Positions 47,457-60,313 of a stretch of 64,000 nt of DNA are shown here, in pieces (within the stretch, counting starts at the first letter, position 1; each line of letters begins with the position of its first letter). Under the pieces are notes generated by a model. That model was given only the letters and a program-made list of their open reading frames with translations. It searched no databases and had not been told where the DNA came from. This DNA is from Felis catus (taxonomy: Eukaryota). The stretch is from positions 11,472,001 to 11,536,000 of the forward strand of contig NC_058369.1 in NCBI RefSeq assembly GCF_018350175.1, written 5' to 3'. The translations under genes and the position numbers were made by a program.

Positions 47457-47960
47457 TGAGGTTCAGGGGCCCTTCGTCCTCAGACTGGGGCCACTGTGCC
47501 TTTGGGGAGGCTGGCCGGGGGCTCAGGGACAGCTGGGGGCTCTTGTCCTCAGGATTCTTGGGCGTAGGGGAGCCCGCCAGGGCCAGTGGTGCCTTCTTGA
47601 GGAGTGGGGAGTTGGGTGGGTGGGCCAAGCCTTTGGTGGAGAAGCCGGGTGGTGACTTGATGGCCTTGTTGACAGCAGGAGCATCCAAGGGTTTGGCCAG
47701 GGCAAGCAGGCCAGGCCGGGGAGCCCCAGCTACCACCTCCTTCGGTGAGTTGGACTTCTTGGACAGGCCTGGGGGCAACCCAAGGGGTGTGTCAGGCAGG
47801 CCCTTTTGTTTCACGAGCTCGTAGAGGAGGTCAATGGGGGCACCGCTGCTCTCCGATTCGGCCACCCCCAGCTGCCGCAGGTGGGAGCGTGCGTGGCTGG
47901 ACAGGCCCTTGCGTGTCTCAAAGCAGGCACCGCAGACCTCGCAGGTGGTCAGGCTCTGGG
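47457..47960 (-). CDS. WIZ: WIZ exon 7 (AQSLTTCEVCGACF...GPLNL, 504 nt)
   Basis: cctccag acceptor, GTGAGT donor; phase 1-1. Confidence 0.95.
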
Positions 47961-48866
47961 CTGGAGGGCGAGATGAAGGCCACGAGAGCTGGCTGTGAGG
48001 CCCCTTGAGCCCTGCCCTCCCACTTCTCCCCCCCACCAAGGACCCCACTCACCCAGGTTCCCCGCAAGCCTCCCTGATCCTTAAAATGACCCTAATAAGG
48101 CAGGAATCAGCCTGTCCAGTTTGCAAATAAGGAAACTGAGTCTCAGAGAGGGACGAGTTGTGCCCAAGGGCACACAGCAGGAGACAGAGCCCTCCGTGGT
48201 CCAGCCAATGGAACGCCTTTCAGATATCCAACATACCAGGGTGTCCTGGCAACAGGTGTTCACACAATTGCTGACCTGCCAGCTACACGGTTTCCAGAGC
48301 TGTCCCAGCCAGCCTCTGCAGCTCAACTCATGCCCCAGACACTGGGTTGGAGACCCCAGCCACAGTCCCTGCGGTGCCCTGCACCCTCTTCTGCAGAGCC
48401 CTTCCTTATCCCTGCCTGTCTCCTTCTCTGCCTCCCTGCTCCCCAACTTCAATGACTCCAAGGACAGGCGCCAGGTCTGTTCTGCTCCTCTCACATCCCT
48501 GGGGTCCGGCACAGTGCCTGTTACCACTCAATAATGATCTGAATGTCAACACACAGATGAGAAAATACCATGCAAAAGATCACACAGCTAACCAGGGCCA
48601 AAGTCAGCAAATGAACTGGGTCTGAGTGTGAGCTCATGAAAACCATGCTCTTTCCTTGGATGTCCCTCCCTCGCCCAGTGAGGGTACAGCTCAAGGCCGT
48701 GCATGCCCAGGGCAACAGAAGCTCGAGAGAAGACAGCTAGATCTCTCCTCAGTGTCTTGAAGCGAAGAGAAAGCTGTTGACCCCGCACTAACCCCCAGAC
48801 CCGAGAGTTCCCTATGAACGTGACCAGCCTGACCAGCACCCCCACCTTGCCACCTGGGCCACTCAC

Positions 48867-49037
48867 CCTTGAGATCTGGCAGTTCCTGCTTGCTGCCATG
48901 AGGAACCTCTGCAGCCACTTTGCTGCTCAGCCGATTGGCCACCTGCTCCAAGGGCCCAGGGACAGGCAGGCTCTTCTTGGGGAGCGGGGGGGAGCCCAAG
49001 TCCATGGCCACCATTGTGTTTTCCTCAGAACCCAAGC
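48867..49037 (-). CDS. WIZ: WIZ exon 6 (GLGSEENTMVAMDLGSPPLPKK...LPDLK, 171 nt)
   Basis: ctcacag acceptor, GTGAGT donor; phase 1-1. Confidence 0.92.
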
Positions 49038-49949
49038 CTGTGAGGTTAGGAAGACAGGCTCAGCCCAGGCTGGGTGCGAGCTGTCTACCCCCGTAACACT
49101 GAGAGTGGCGGCATGGAGCCTTCTTCCTCATCCTCGGCAGCTGCTCTCACCCTGGGAGGCGACTCACCCCATGAAAACAGGGGCTCCATCCATAACCCCC
49201 AGCACCAGTAAGACCCAGGGATGTCAAGGCTGCCCACTGACAGCAGGGACTAGGAGCAGCTTCCACGCACCGGCACACAGACTGGTTGGGCAACACAGTG
49301 TAAGCAGAGACTCCCGTCCTAGGAGATCTGACAACAAATCTCTCTGGGCAGAACGTGTGCGGGGGAGCATGTCAGTCTTGGGGGCAGGTAGGTGGCAGTC
49401 AGCAGGGGAATCCAGTAAGAGAAGGCCAGGGTCAGAGGCCAGAGAAGCAACACAGAGGTGAGAAGCCAAGGACAGGAAGGAGGCTCCTCCAGAGGAGGCT
49501 CCCAGGACTTGGGAATCTGCACCAGACAAGACAGCTGGGGCTGCCGAGACAACTCAGGGCTCGGAAGTAGTCTCCTTATCACAAGCTGAGGCCTAAGTGG
49601 GGGAAGGTGAGAACGGGGAGCCTCCACCAGCAGGGATCTGAATACGGACAGGAAAAGTGGGAATCACAGAACTTTGTGGGAAGTTTCCGGGACGTCCGGC
49701 CGGCCAGGAAGCTTCCCTGAATGAGCTGTGTATGAGAAGACGGAGTGCAAGGTATGTTTTCGTGGTCTAGTTTTTCAGAGAAGGGGGCCCGAGTGGCCCG
49801 CTGAGCCCCAGGTTTAGCGTTCAGGGCATGGAGACAGCTCTGAGGATGAAGGAACTGTGCGTCAGATGGGGCTTTGAAGTCGTTCAGTGCTCTGAGCAGG
49901 AAGCCACGCAGGTCCCCTGCTCAGTCTGAGTCCTACGGAAGCAAGGAGA

Positions 49950-51300
49950 AGGCAGGCAGGGGAGGCCACCGGGGTACGGGACACCGAGGACTTTGTCAGA
50001 GTCGCCGGGTGGAGTGGGCGCGTCTGTCAGATAGTGTAGGGACCGTGTCTGAAGTGACTTGGAGTGGGTTTCCGCGCCGGAGGGACCGAGACTGAGGCGA
50101 GGGGCGCTCCCAGGGCTCCAAGGGGGACAGAGGACATCTGTCAGACGGGGCGAGGGTCCCACGGAGCGGCGGCGGAGAGTGTTTCTGAAGCCCGGGACAC
50201 TGCGAGCTCCGACAGGAGGCCCGGGGCCCGCGCGACCGGAGGGCCTGGGGGGGGGAAGGGGGAGTCCCGCAGACTGGAAGGCGGGCATCGGGGGCGGCGG
50301 CAGGGGGCGGGCGGAACGCCGACTTTGCCCTCCCCGTACCCTCCCCGGCGCGGGCTCTTACCCGGCGCGGGCGCCGGCCCGGGCCCCGGCTCCGGCTCGG
50401 CCTTGGGCCCGTCCCGCGGCGGCGGCGGCGGCGGCGGGGGCGGGGGCGGCGGCGGCGGCGCGGGGAGGGCCGCGGGGCCCGGGCTCGGGGGGCTGGGCGG
50501 GGGCGCCCCAGCGGGCGCGCGCTCCCGGGCGCCCCCCGCGCGCGGCCCCGCCGCCGCCTTGCTCTCCGCTTTTGTCACTCGGCACTGGGCGGTGGAGGCG
50601 GCCATCTTGGCTCCGGCGCACGCGGGGCGGCCGCCCCAGGCGGGAGCAGCCGAGCGCCGAGCGCCGAGCGCCTCCGCCGAGCCCGCTCCGTTCCGCCCCG
50701 CCCCTCGGGGCGCACCCAGTGTGGCCGGCCGAGCGCCGAGCGCCGCGAGCGAAACACTTGTCCCGGGCCCAGCGGGCCGGCGGGGGGGATGGGGCCGGAC
50801 CCTCAGGGAGCCGCCTGCACACCGGCTCGCGGAGGCACACAAGCCGCGCTCGGCGCGGCTGCCAACTGCACCCCTGGCCTGGACGGGCTGGGACACTCTT
50901 CCCCAACCCTGGACATTCCTAAGGCTAGAATGGGAATCCTCGGGCCACGAGCATTTGCCTTAACAGCATTCAGGCTCCTGGAGCCCCGACACCTGGAGCT
51001 AGAAACTGCGCCGGGACCCTGTTCCTTTCCCTATCCTGGAAGACTGCCCTCCGTGTCGGAGATCCTGGAAGACACCTGATCCCAACTACGAGGATCCCAC
51101 AACATCATCCTGGTATCCAAATGTCCCCGCCCCAGCCCCTCCGGCGCCGTCCCGCAATCCTACGGAACTCCCCACACGACCGCCGGCACCTCATTCCAGG
51201 CACAACCTGCTTCTCCCCAACACCAAACCGATCGCCCCTAGCTGGTCCCTGACAGCTGGGTGGGGCCAGAATCTGACCGTTGTCCCGCCCCCAACCTGGC
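49950..51300. promoter_or_regulatory. Intragenic CpG island / internal WIZ promoter
   Basis: Extreme GC/CpG content, GC boxes, interrupted (CGG)n, YY1-like GCCATCTTG overlapping the start codon. Confidence 0.85.
50362..50605 (-). CDS. WIZ: WIZ alternative first coding exon (short isoform; MAASTAQCRVTKAESK...P14...PAPAP, 244 nt)
   Basis: CAAGATGG strong start in a CpG island; GTAAGA donor in phase 1, in frame with exon 48867-49037. Confidence 0.8.
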
Positions 51301-52596
51301 ACCCGCCCCCTACGGCTCACTTAGGTGGGAGATGCTTCTAAGAACAACTGTGCAGGGCAGGGCGGGTGCCAGGACCTAGCCTTAATCTTGGGCATCCTTC
51401 CTCAAGGCAAGACTTCCAGGATCTTCTGAATCACTCATTAACAGCCCTCCTGCTCACCAGGTGTTAACTGGAAGACTGATCAGGGCCTCCCCTCCTACGG
51501 ACAAGGCTAGGGCAGTACCAGACTGAATCCTGGCACCCCAATGGCTTGGCCGGATCCATCAGCACATAACTAGGGGCTGGCACATTGGTCTTCTCGTAGA
51601 AACAAGTTGACCAAAGCTGAACCTGACTGCTGAGCACATGCTACCATCCCTGGGTGGCCTGACCCAGGTACCAAGTAAGGAGTGTGAGCCTGACATTCAG
51701 GCCTCTACCCGAGTGACAGAAAAAGAAGGCAGCGGGGCTGGAACTTACAAACTACCTCCTGTGCCTCCCAGTCAACCTCAGAGCCAGCTCCACTTCTCAG
51801 CCACCCCTGAGAAACCACAAACCTAGCCAGGTGTGTGAGCTGAATGCCTGGGGACAGCCTTCAGCAGAGGCAAGAAGCCTGAGGTCACATCCCTACAGTC
51901 TCTTTCGAAACTGTGACCTCCACCAACCACTATGCCCTTTCTGTGCCTTAGTCTCCTTATCCAAGGAGGAGAGGGGCTTTGATAGTGCCACCCTCCACTT
52001 TGCAGACCCTCAGGTCTCCTTCGCCAGTAAGGGGGCTTACAGATGAGTCTAGTGGAGGTCAGAGTACAGATCTAGGTAGGACCCTGGCAGCTGCAGGTAG
52101 GAGAAACAGAAGGAAACTCAGTCCCAAGCAGCCCCTGGACAGTTCCCCCTGTTCAGGGACCTCCTGCATTCCCCAGAGCCCACCTATTCCTCACTGCCCA
52201 GTTCTCTGCTTCGAGATTCAGTAACGGCTCCCACAAAGTCAGCCTTTGCAAGGCTGGGGCCTTCACCTTTCTGCCCCCTCAGTGGTGCCCATTCCCAGGC
52301 TCCTTCACCAAAATATTACTTCTGGATTTCCCAAGCCATCCTCCCCTGGAGAGACCACCGAACATGGTTCAGAAGTCTCACTCTGTTGCTTTGTGGCTGT
52401 GTGGCAAAGCAGAGGACCCACAGTCTCTTTCTCCGTAAAACCAGAACACAACAATCCTTAGCTGCACTGAATTGTTTTGAGGCATAAATAGGATGAAACT
52501 TTAGTATACACAAGCACTCAAGTTACGGGAGGGGTTATAAATGCTGCCGGACAAAGTAGGCACCAACGAAAATCTAGAAAGTGGACTCTAGATCGG

Positions 52597-52990
52597 CAGT
52601 TGTCTGAGCGAATTGCAACTAACCTTGCACTAGCCACATTTCAAGTGCTCAACAGCCATAGGTGGCCAGTGGTGGCCTATAGAACACGTATCTTAGAGAA
52701 CCTTTCCATCTCAGAAAGTTCTATCGGAAAGCACTGCTCTAGATAGAAGACGTTTTTAAGACCAAGAATGGTAGAGCCTGACTTGTCTAGGGTTTCAAAT
52801 CCCAGCTCTGCCACTTCTGTGTGTCCCTGGGCAAATTAATGAATTTCGTTGTGCCTCAGTTTCCTTATCTGTAAAATGGGGATTATAATAACACCAGCCT
52901 TATATCGTTGTTGTCAGGATATAAATAAGTTTGTGTTTGTAAAGTGCTTAGAACCTATCTGGTTCCTAGTAAGAGCTGAATAAGCATGCA
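52597..52990. mobile_element. MER3-like DNA transposon fragment followed by a MIR element
   Basis: ctagccacatttcaagtgctcaacagcca...agaaagttctat; then aatcccagctctgccactt...gcctcagtttccttatctgtaaaatggggattataata (MIR core). Confidence 0.75.
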
Positions 52991-53236
52991 TTAAAGTCAC
53001 TGTCAGGCAGGGCAGGGACTAACTGGATCCAGAAGCAGCCCTGGCCCAGCCCCTGAGTAAAAGAGAAATAACCCCTACGTGGCAGGGCAGTTGTGAGGAC
53101 AGTTGTCAACATACTTTGAAAAGTGACTTGAAACCCTCCCAGGAAAGCAGAGTGGCTGACCCCCTCCTACCCCCCATCTCTCTGGGCCCCTGAGGAGGGT
53201 CAGGGCCCCAACCCCCTCTGCACCCTCTCCCCTTAC

Positions 53237-53560
53237 CATCTCCGTAGGCTGGCCCAGGGTCCTCAGCCCAGGTGGGTGGAAAGGGCACTGCAAGAGGTAA
53301 ACGGGGCCGGCGGGAGGTCAGGAAGCCGCTAGGCGACCCCCCAGGCTCGCAGCCCAGGGGGCTGGGGGGCCGCTCAGCAGCCGAGGTGGCCAGCAGCTCT
53401 TGCAGGATGTTGATGGGTGACACGGTGAGCTCCCAGTTAGTGATGCCAAAGTCACGCAGGTGGGCCCGGGCATGGCTGGAGAGGCCGGCCCGGGTGTCGA
53501 AGCCAGCCCCACAGAAGTCACAGCGCATCAGGCTGAAGGTGCCTGGGTCGAAGTTAGCCA
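53237..53560 (-). CDS. WIZ: WIZ exon 5 (VANFDPGTFSLMRCDFCG..., 324 nt, one finger)
   Basis: ccacag acceptor, GTAAGG donor; phase 1-1. Confidence 0.95.
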
Positions 53561-54757
53561 CTGTGGAGGGAGAGAGGACATGGGCTGCCTGGAGGGGTGA
53601 CTCTCTGGCCCCAGCCATCCCCGTTCCCAGGGGTTCTCACCCTCCACCCCCCACCCTCCACAGATCACACAGCCAGTGCCATCCCTGACCCAGGACACCT
53701 CCCTTTCCCATTCACATTCCTGCCTGTGTGAGCTCACACATCCTCCCGCAACTCCTGCTCCAAGAAGCCTTATGTGCCTGGCCTTCCAGATTTCCCCCTA
53801 CTTAGCTCTCGCATCAGGGGCTCCACCCTCAGAAACTTCTCTAGTTGTGGATTTGCAATCTTTTGGGTGAACGTTCGATTAAGAGCCTTCTCGTGTCTAC
53901 AGTACATGCCTATTTTTGCTCACTGTCACTCCAGTGCTGTCAGTTAAATCTTTGTTGAATGAAGAAATGGCCAAATGGATGGGATCCCCTCCCCTGGGAG
54001 TCTGCTTGCCCCCCCCCCCCGCCCACAACAGCCCCAGGCAGAGTCAGGGACCTCCTCTCAGCTTCCCCAGCCCCTGGCTTTCCCCATCACAGCCCTGGTC
54101 ACTCACCACCATACCTGCCTGGTTTTGTGGCTGCCTGCCCCCTGACCCTGACCCCCAGTGTACGCGTACACATGCACGCATGCGCACACACGCTCTCAAA
54201 CACCACACCAGCACCTCCCCCAAGTGGGATCCACGTTCGCCAGCGTCAGAAGCACCCAGGGCAATCCTGTTGGAGACAGATCTCCAGAATCAGAACCCTG
54301 GTCCTGGGAATCTGCATAGCTCACAGGCTGCCCTGGGGTTTCTGAGGCCGGCCAGGTCCCACACTCCTATTACTGGGCCGGGAACTCCAAGAGAGCAGGG
54401 ACTGCTATTTCCTTCCCTGCTGTGCCCCCAAATGCCCGGAACAGAGGGGACCTCTCTCAATAAATATTCGCTGAGTGAAGACATTAGTGAAATTCCCTGC
54501 CTGGGGCTGCCTCCTCTGCCCATACTCCTTCCTCCAGCTGCTGGAAGGGCCAGGGCATCGGGGCGTCCCCACACCTCCACCGATGCAGTGGCCTTTGCCG
54601 TGGCTCCCGGTCTTCCAGAAGGGGAGGCCCTGACTTCCCCCTGCTTGGCGCTATGGGAGGACTTAGAGTGAGGGTTGCTCGGTTCAGAGCTCAGCTGCCC
54701 AGCTGCACGTCTCGCGGGCCTCGGAGGGAGGTGGGTGCTAGAGCGAAGCCGCCCTAC

Positions 54758-56895
54758 CTTTTTTCTTCTTCTTCTGGAAGGAGAACCTGCGCTCAATGGC
54801 CTTCACCTCCTCGGCAGAGATGAAATGCCGCACATTGTAGCTGACGCCCACACGGTTCAGGTGGCCCCGGACGTGGTTGGCCAAGCCGATACCGTTGTGG
54901 AAGCGATCCGGGCAGTAGGGGCACTTCCGCTCCTCGTGCTTCAGTGCCACCGCCGGGTCCCCATCCAAGAGTGCGTCCAGCCCCAGCGGGCTGCCCAGTG
55001 GCGCGTCCAGGAGCAAGAAGTCCAGGGGGTGAGTGGCCCCCAGCCCCAGCTCCTCGGGCTGCAGCCGTGGGGGCACCCGGGTTGCTGCAGCCATGACCTG
55101 TGGCCCCAGCTTTGCCACCAGCACAACGGGCACCATCCCTCGGAGCTGCTGCCGCTGTGCCCGAGAGGCCTCAGCTGCCCTCAGAGCTTTTCGGAAAGTC
55201 CGCTTCAGGTCCAGGGCCAGTTGTGGGATGAGGCCAGGGGAAGCTAGGGGTGGAAAGACCCCATTTTCAGGGGAAAAGTCCATTTCCGAGGCCAGCAGTA
55301 TGTCTTCCTCCTCCTCTTCGCTCCAAGGGTGTCTCCGGTCCCCCAGCTGGCCTGGGAGCCCCTGCGGGTGGACCACGCTCTTGTTTCTACCGGGATGTAA
55401 GGAGTAGGGGGCAGATGCGAGAGGTGAGGGGAAGGCTGGCCTTCCCAGGGGCCTCTGATCTGAGCCGCGCAGAAGTGGCTTTGACAGTGGGAAATCCCTC
55501 ATGCCTAGCTGCTGGCAGCCTGGGCCAAAGGCCAGGCTGGGGTCATATCCAGCAGGGTTCTCCTGCCACGTGGGGGCCAAGAGCGGCTCAGCTTTGCCAA
55601 AGTAGTCCTCCGCAGCATCAGGGAAGCGGGCATATGCCTCCTGGCTGGTGCCCGGCTGGCTGGCAGGGTCCTCCTCAAAAGCCTCGGCATCCTCCTCCCA
55701 GTGGGGGTGGGCATGCGCAAGCCTCATGTGCTCCCTGAGCAGGCTCTCGCTGGGCGCGGGGAAGCCACAGAAAACGCAGCCACTGAGCCCCGAGGAGCCT
55801 CGGTAGGGTCGATAGGCGAGGGCGGTGGCATCAGGGCCCGGGCTGCCGGCCCCGCTGCCGCCCCCAAAGGGCTCCCTGGCGGGCTGGCCCGGGAGCTCAC
55901 GCACGTGCAGCTTGGCATGCTGCACAAAGGCCTTGGAGGAATTGGTGCCAAAGATGCACTTGGGGCACTGCAGCCGTGCCTCCCGGCCCTCATCGCCCGG
56001 GACCTGCTTCAGTTTCTGGATCTCTTCAATGATCTTCTCCCGGGAGGCCTGGTGCAGCTGGCGGTGCTGCTCCAGGGCGCTGGGGTCCGCAAAGGCCCAG
56101 CCACACTCTCCACAGGCCAGCGGGGCCAAGTCGGCGGGGGGCTCCTGGCCCGGGGCTCGGCGGTGCTGGCTCATGTGCTCCAGAAGGTGCTCCTTCTGCT
56201 TAAAGTAGATGCTGCACTCGATGCACGGGAACACGGCCGGCTCCTCGTCCTCGTCCTCATCTGGGCTGGCCACCCCCTTGGCCACCTCCTCCAGCAGCTC
56301 GCACAGGTAGGGCCCCGTCCGGACCGGGGGCAGCAGCGGCTGCAGCCGCTCCACGGACGCCTCCGAGTTCACTGTCCAGGTCTGCGTGGCCACCTCCGAG
56401 GCTGACCTGGGCAGGCCCCAGTCGGATGGCTGGGCCAGCCCTTCAAGGTCTGCCAGGTGCTCCCTAGGGTCCACCACTGTCACATCCAATGACTTAGCGC
56501 TATCTTCTACTGGCACGAGCACCGTCCTGAAGGAGGTGAGGGGCAGGGGCTGGGGTGGCAGGTCCCGGTGCAGCCCTGCATCCTGGGATGGGGCCTGCTC
56601 ATCTGTGTCCCGGAGCCAGTCGAACCTGGGGTGGCCCCGGGGGGCCTTCTCCAAGAGCTTCGGTTCACCCTGATGGTGCAAGAACCTTCTAGAGCCCTCG
56701 AGCTCAATGTGGGGTTTCATGGTTCTCACAATGACCGAGTCCTCGAACCTCTGCTCAGATGTGAGGCCCTCCCTGGCTTCCTGGACCAGGGGGTGCTCCC
56801 AGGTCCCCTGGCCATCAGGGGGGCCAGGGAAGTGGCCCAGGAGGTGGGGTGGTGGGGAGCCCGGCTGGAAGTCCAGGCTGCCTCCATCCCAGCAA
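54758..56895 (-). CDS. WIZ: WIZ exon 4, large (2138 nt; five C2H2 fingers)
   Basis: Within the 787-aa ORF 54738..57101; ccttgcag acceptor, GTAGGG donor after QKKKKK. Confidence 0.95.
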
Positions 56896-57634
56896 CTGCA
56901 AGGAAGTGCCAATTGGGACAGGTTAGCCATGGGACTCAGTCTCCCTTCCTTGGGCAGGGGAGGGGATCCTCGTAGGCTCTGAGACAAGCCCCAGAGACCC
57001 AGCCCAAGGGCAACCTCAGAGGGGCCGGGAACATGGAGGTGAGGGTGGGGAGGTATGGGGAGTGCGGGTGGCGCATCCAGAGCTGTTAGACCAGAAAACA
57101 CATCCAGCTCCCAGGCTGCACCTGTCTATATAGCCCAGCCCCATTGCATGGTGGGAGAGTGTACAGGGTCTATCAGGGGTCACACCAGGGTCACAAGGCA
57201 TGTCCTCAAGTCTGGTGGCACAGTCAACTCTCATCTGTCCCCCAGGAGGGCCCAAGGCTCTGATCTGTGCCCCCAAACTGGGGTGATTTAGTTCATCTAG
57301 TCTCACCTCTCCAGCAAATTTGGTGCAACTCTGTGGCGTAAACAACTCAAGGGAATGCACTTTTCCCCTGCAGCTCCCTTCTAGGAAGGGTGGAGTCAGG
57401 AATGGTGGAAGGATCCTGCTCAGCCTCTAGCCCCAAGGACCCTGGCCTTCTTTGGGGGAAGGGGGAAGGCGAAGCAACCTCACCGGGCCTCAGTTTTCCA
57501 ATCCTACAAATGGGGACGAGTCCCAAAAACCAGGAGCCTCTGTGTCCTTATGCAGCACCTAAAGAGCTTTCTCATATCCATAATCAAAGGAAAGTTTACA
57601 TGAGGTATGTGCTCATTTAAATAATCACAGCTGT

Positions 57635-57856
57635 GGGGCGCCTGGGTGGCTTGGTTGGTTAAGCACCCGACTTTGGCTCAGGTCATGATCTTGCAGTTGG
57701 TGGGTTCGAGCCCCGTGTCAGACTCTGTGCTGACAGCTCAGAGCCTGGAGCCTGGAGCCTGCTTCGGATTCTGTGTCTCCCTCTCTCTCTGCCCCTCCCC
57801 CACTCACGCTCCATCTCTCTCTGTCTCTCAAAAATGAATAAATGTTAAAAAAAAAA
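57635..57856 (+). mobile_element. Can-SINE
   Basis: Head, (CT)n tract and A tail; TSD aatcacagct. Confidence 0.92.
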
Positions 57857-58719
57857 TTTGTTGTAAACAATCACAGCTACGATCCTTCAAATGGGGGCCT
57901 TGACCCCGTGAAGTGTAAGGAGAGGAGGACACAGCTCAGTGCTGGGGGGAATGCTTTGCTTCACCAGATGCCTGGCTCCTGGTGAGCCCACAGCCAACAT
58001 GGGTTCTTCTTATCACTGTCCCTGATAAATCTCCCTTCATTTTCAGGACCCTGCCTCCAAGAGGGGCTATCGATCGTGTCCACCAAACAGGTGAACACAT
58101 GGCTCCACCAAGAGGCTGAGCGGAAAGCAGGGGGTTACCTCTCTCAGCCCCATCGGTGACATGTGATACTAACAGGACCATCCCCCCAGGGCCATGGCAA
58201 AGATTCAGTGGGGTAAACCTGTGCCAAAGCTATCATTTAACCCGGTACAACTATTATTTGCATATTAGCACCCACCAAGACTTAATACAGGGTCCCTGCT
58301 GTCACCACTGCTGTCACTTCCTGCTCCTGTCCCACCTCCCTTGGGTCCTCAAGGCCAGCTTGTGAGATGCATCTTAGGGACTCTATTTTGCAGATGGGGA
58401 AACTGAGGCTTAGAGAGGCCTGGCATCAGGCTAAGGGCCACCTGGCAGAGACAGGACTCCAAGGGTCTAACCTTCAGGCTCCTGTCCCTCTGGCCCTGCT
58501 CCTGGCAGGGATAATGAGAGTTGACTGTCTGTGTTCATCCCAGTCTTCCCCACCCCCTGCACATGCCCAGGGGCTTGTCTGCCGGGAGCCACCTCCTCCT
58601 GCCTGGCCTCCTGATTCCCTCCTTTCCCCTTCTCACTCCCCAGGGGGCTTCTTTTGGGCCTAGGCACATCCTGCTTGCCCCCCTGCCCTCCCTGACGTCA
58701 GGGCCAGCGTGGCACTCAC

Positions 58720-58792
58720 CAGCTGCTGATCCGATGGGTGGCGGAGGTGGCACGGGGGAGGGCTTCGCTGAGGCCGGGATGGGGCTGCCCGT
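58720..58792 (-). CDS. WIZ: WIZ exon 3 (DGQPHPGLSEALPRATSATHRISS, 73 nt)
   Basis: tgttgcag acceptor, GTGAGT donor; phase 1-2 bridges the flanking exons. Confidence 0.92.
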
Positions 58793-60089
58793 CTGCAACA
58801 GAGAGGGGAGACCCTGAGGGGCTGGGGTCCCCCTGGCCGGGGTCCTTCACAACACCCCAGCTCCGGGAGCCCTGCCGGGCACCTCGGAAGGGCCTAGCCG
58901 GCTCCCCACCCCTCTCCCCTGAGAGGCCTTTGGCCTCTGCACTCCTGAGCCTTGAAAGGGGTTTCTTTGGAAGAGCCTCTTGGGTCACCCACGGGGTGTC
59001 CTGCCTTTAACCCGCCTCTCTTTGCCCCCACCCAGCAACCAGGGTGATTTTTAAAAATCACACCCTGGTTAAAACTCACCTGACCTCTCATCATACCTAT
59101 AATAAAAGCCAGATTCCCAGCCACTACCTGCAAAGCCCTGAGAGGTCGGACCTCCACAGCAGGTCTCTCCAGCCTCAGCTCCCTGTCTTTGACCTTCACT
59201 CACTCTGTCCTGACTCCTCTTGATGCTTCAAGCTCACCCAACCCTTTCTGGCCCCAGGGCCTTTGCATTGGCTATTTCTTCTGTCTGGAGAGTCCTTCCC
59301 TGGCCACTGACCAAAGTGAGCCCCTATGACTTTCTCTCTTGTCTCCTGTTTCATTTCTGTCTTTGAACTCTCTGAAATTGCCTTGTTCCACTATGGATGA
59401 CTGCTTTCCCCGAGTCCCTGCAAACAGGTAAGCTCCCCCTGAGGGCAGGGACTTTTTCAGCCTCCTTCACTGCCGCATCCCAGTGCCTGGCACACAGCAA
59501 GTGTGCAACCAATACTTGCCAGTTGATGAGTGAGGAGCCCTAAGCCCGAGCTGCAAAGGGCCTATCCCTGCCTCCCAGGCCCCCTTCCAGGCCTCAGTCC
59601 TAGAATCAAATCCCCTCCTGGGACCCCTTACACAGATAGAGCCAACTCTCCATTATCCGCCTGTGGAGCCAACGCCTGGAACGACCACAGGAATCCTGGC
59701 CTGTGCCTCCTCTGCCCGCCGCACTCGCCTGACATGGGTGAACGTGCCAGTTGGGGTGCAGGCCAATTGCCTGGGCCAAGGTTAACACACGGGGGGAACT
59801 TGTGCCCCGTCCAGAGCCTGACAGATGCAATTGCTGGATTAACTTCAATTGGAGGATGGTCCAGGGCTAGCTCTTTGTCTGATCCCCCACGGTTCAATTT
59901 GCCCAGGAAATTGAGAGCTGACAGAAGCCAAAGAATTAAAAGTGCCATCAGGGATGATGTGGGGAATCAGAAAGTTGTGGTCACTGGCTGAGGGTCTTTC
60001 TGCTGAGCCTGAGAGAAGGGCTGTGACTGTCACACGGCCTCTGGAAGGGGAGGGTGGTGATGGGGGTACGTAAATTTGCATTTCTAGAG

Positions 60090-60313
60090 CAGTTTCTCAA
60101 CTTCGGCACTATCCGCGTGTAGGGTCGGATGATTCTCTGTGTGGTGTCGGACACTGAGCGGCATCCCTGGCCTCTCCCCCCCCCGGGTGCCAGGAGCACC
60201 ACCCACCCCCCCAGCCCCCAGCCCCTGGCCCTGCCATCACGACAACCAAAAATGTCTACAGACATTGCAAAAGGCCCCTTGCAGGCAGAACCACCCCCAT
60301 TTGAGGACCCCTA
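60090..60313. mobile_element. MER20-like hAT DNA transposon relic
   Basis: cagtttctcaacttcggcactat...gacaaccaaaaatgtctacagacattgc. Confidence 0.75.

Noticed and set aside
48046..49170. Orphan GTGAGT donor-like motifs near 48052 and 49167
   Set aside because: No convincing paired acceptor or frame; cannot call exons without transcript data
50059..50963. Several 250-300 aa overlapping ORFs on both strands
   Set aside because: CpG-island artefact; only 50362-50605 has a Kozak start and an in-phase donor
56896..57101. N-terminal extension of the 787-aa WIZ ORF
   Set aside because: Lies upstream of the acceptor at 56896; the upstream 73-nt exon supplies the correct phase
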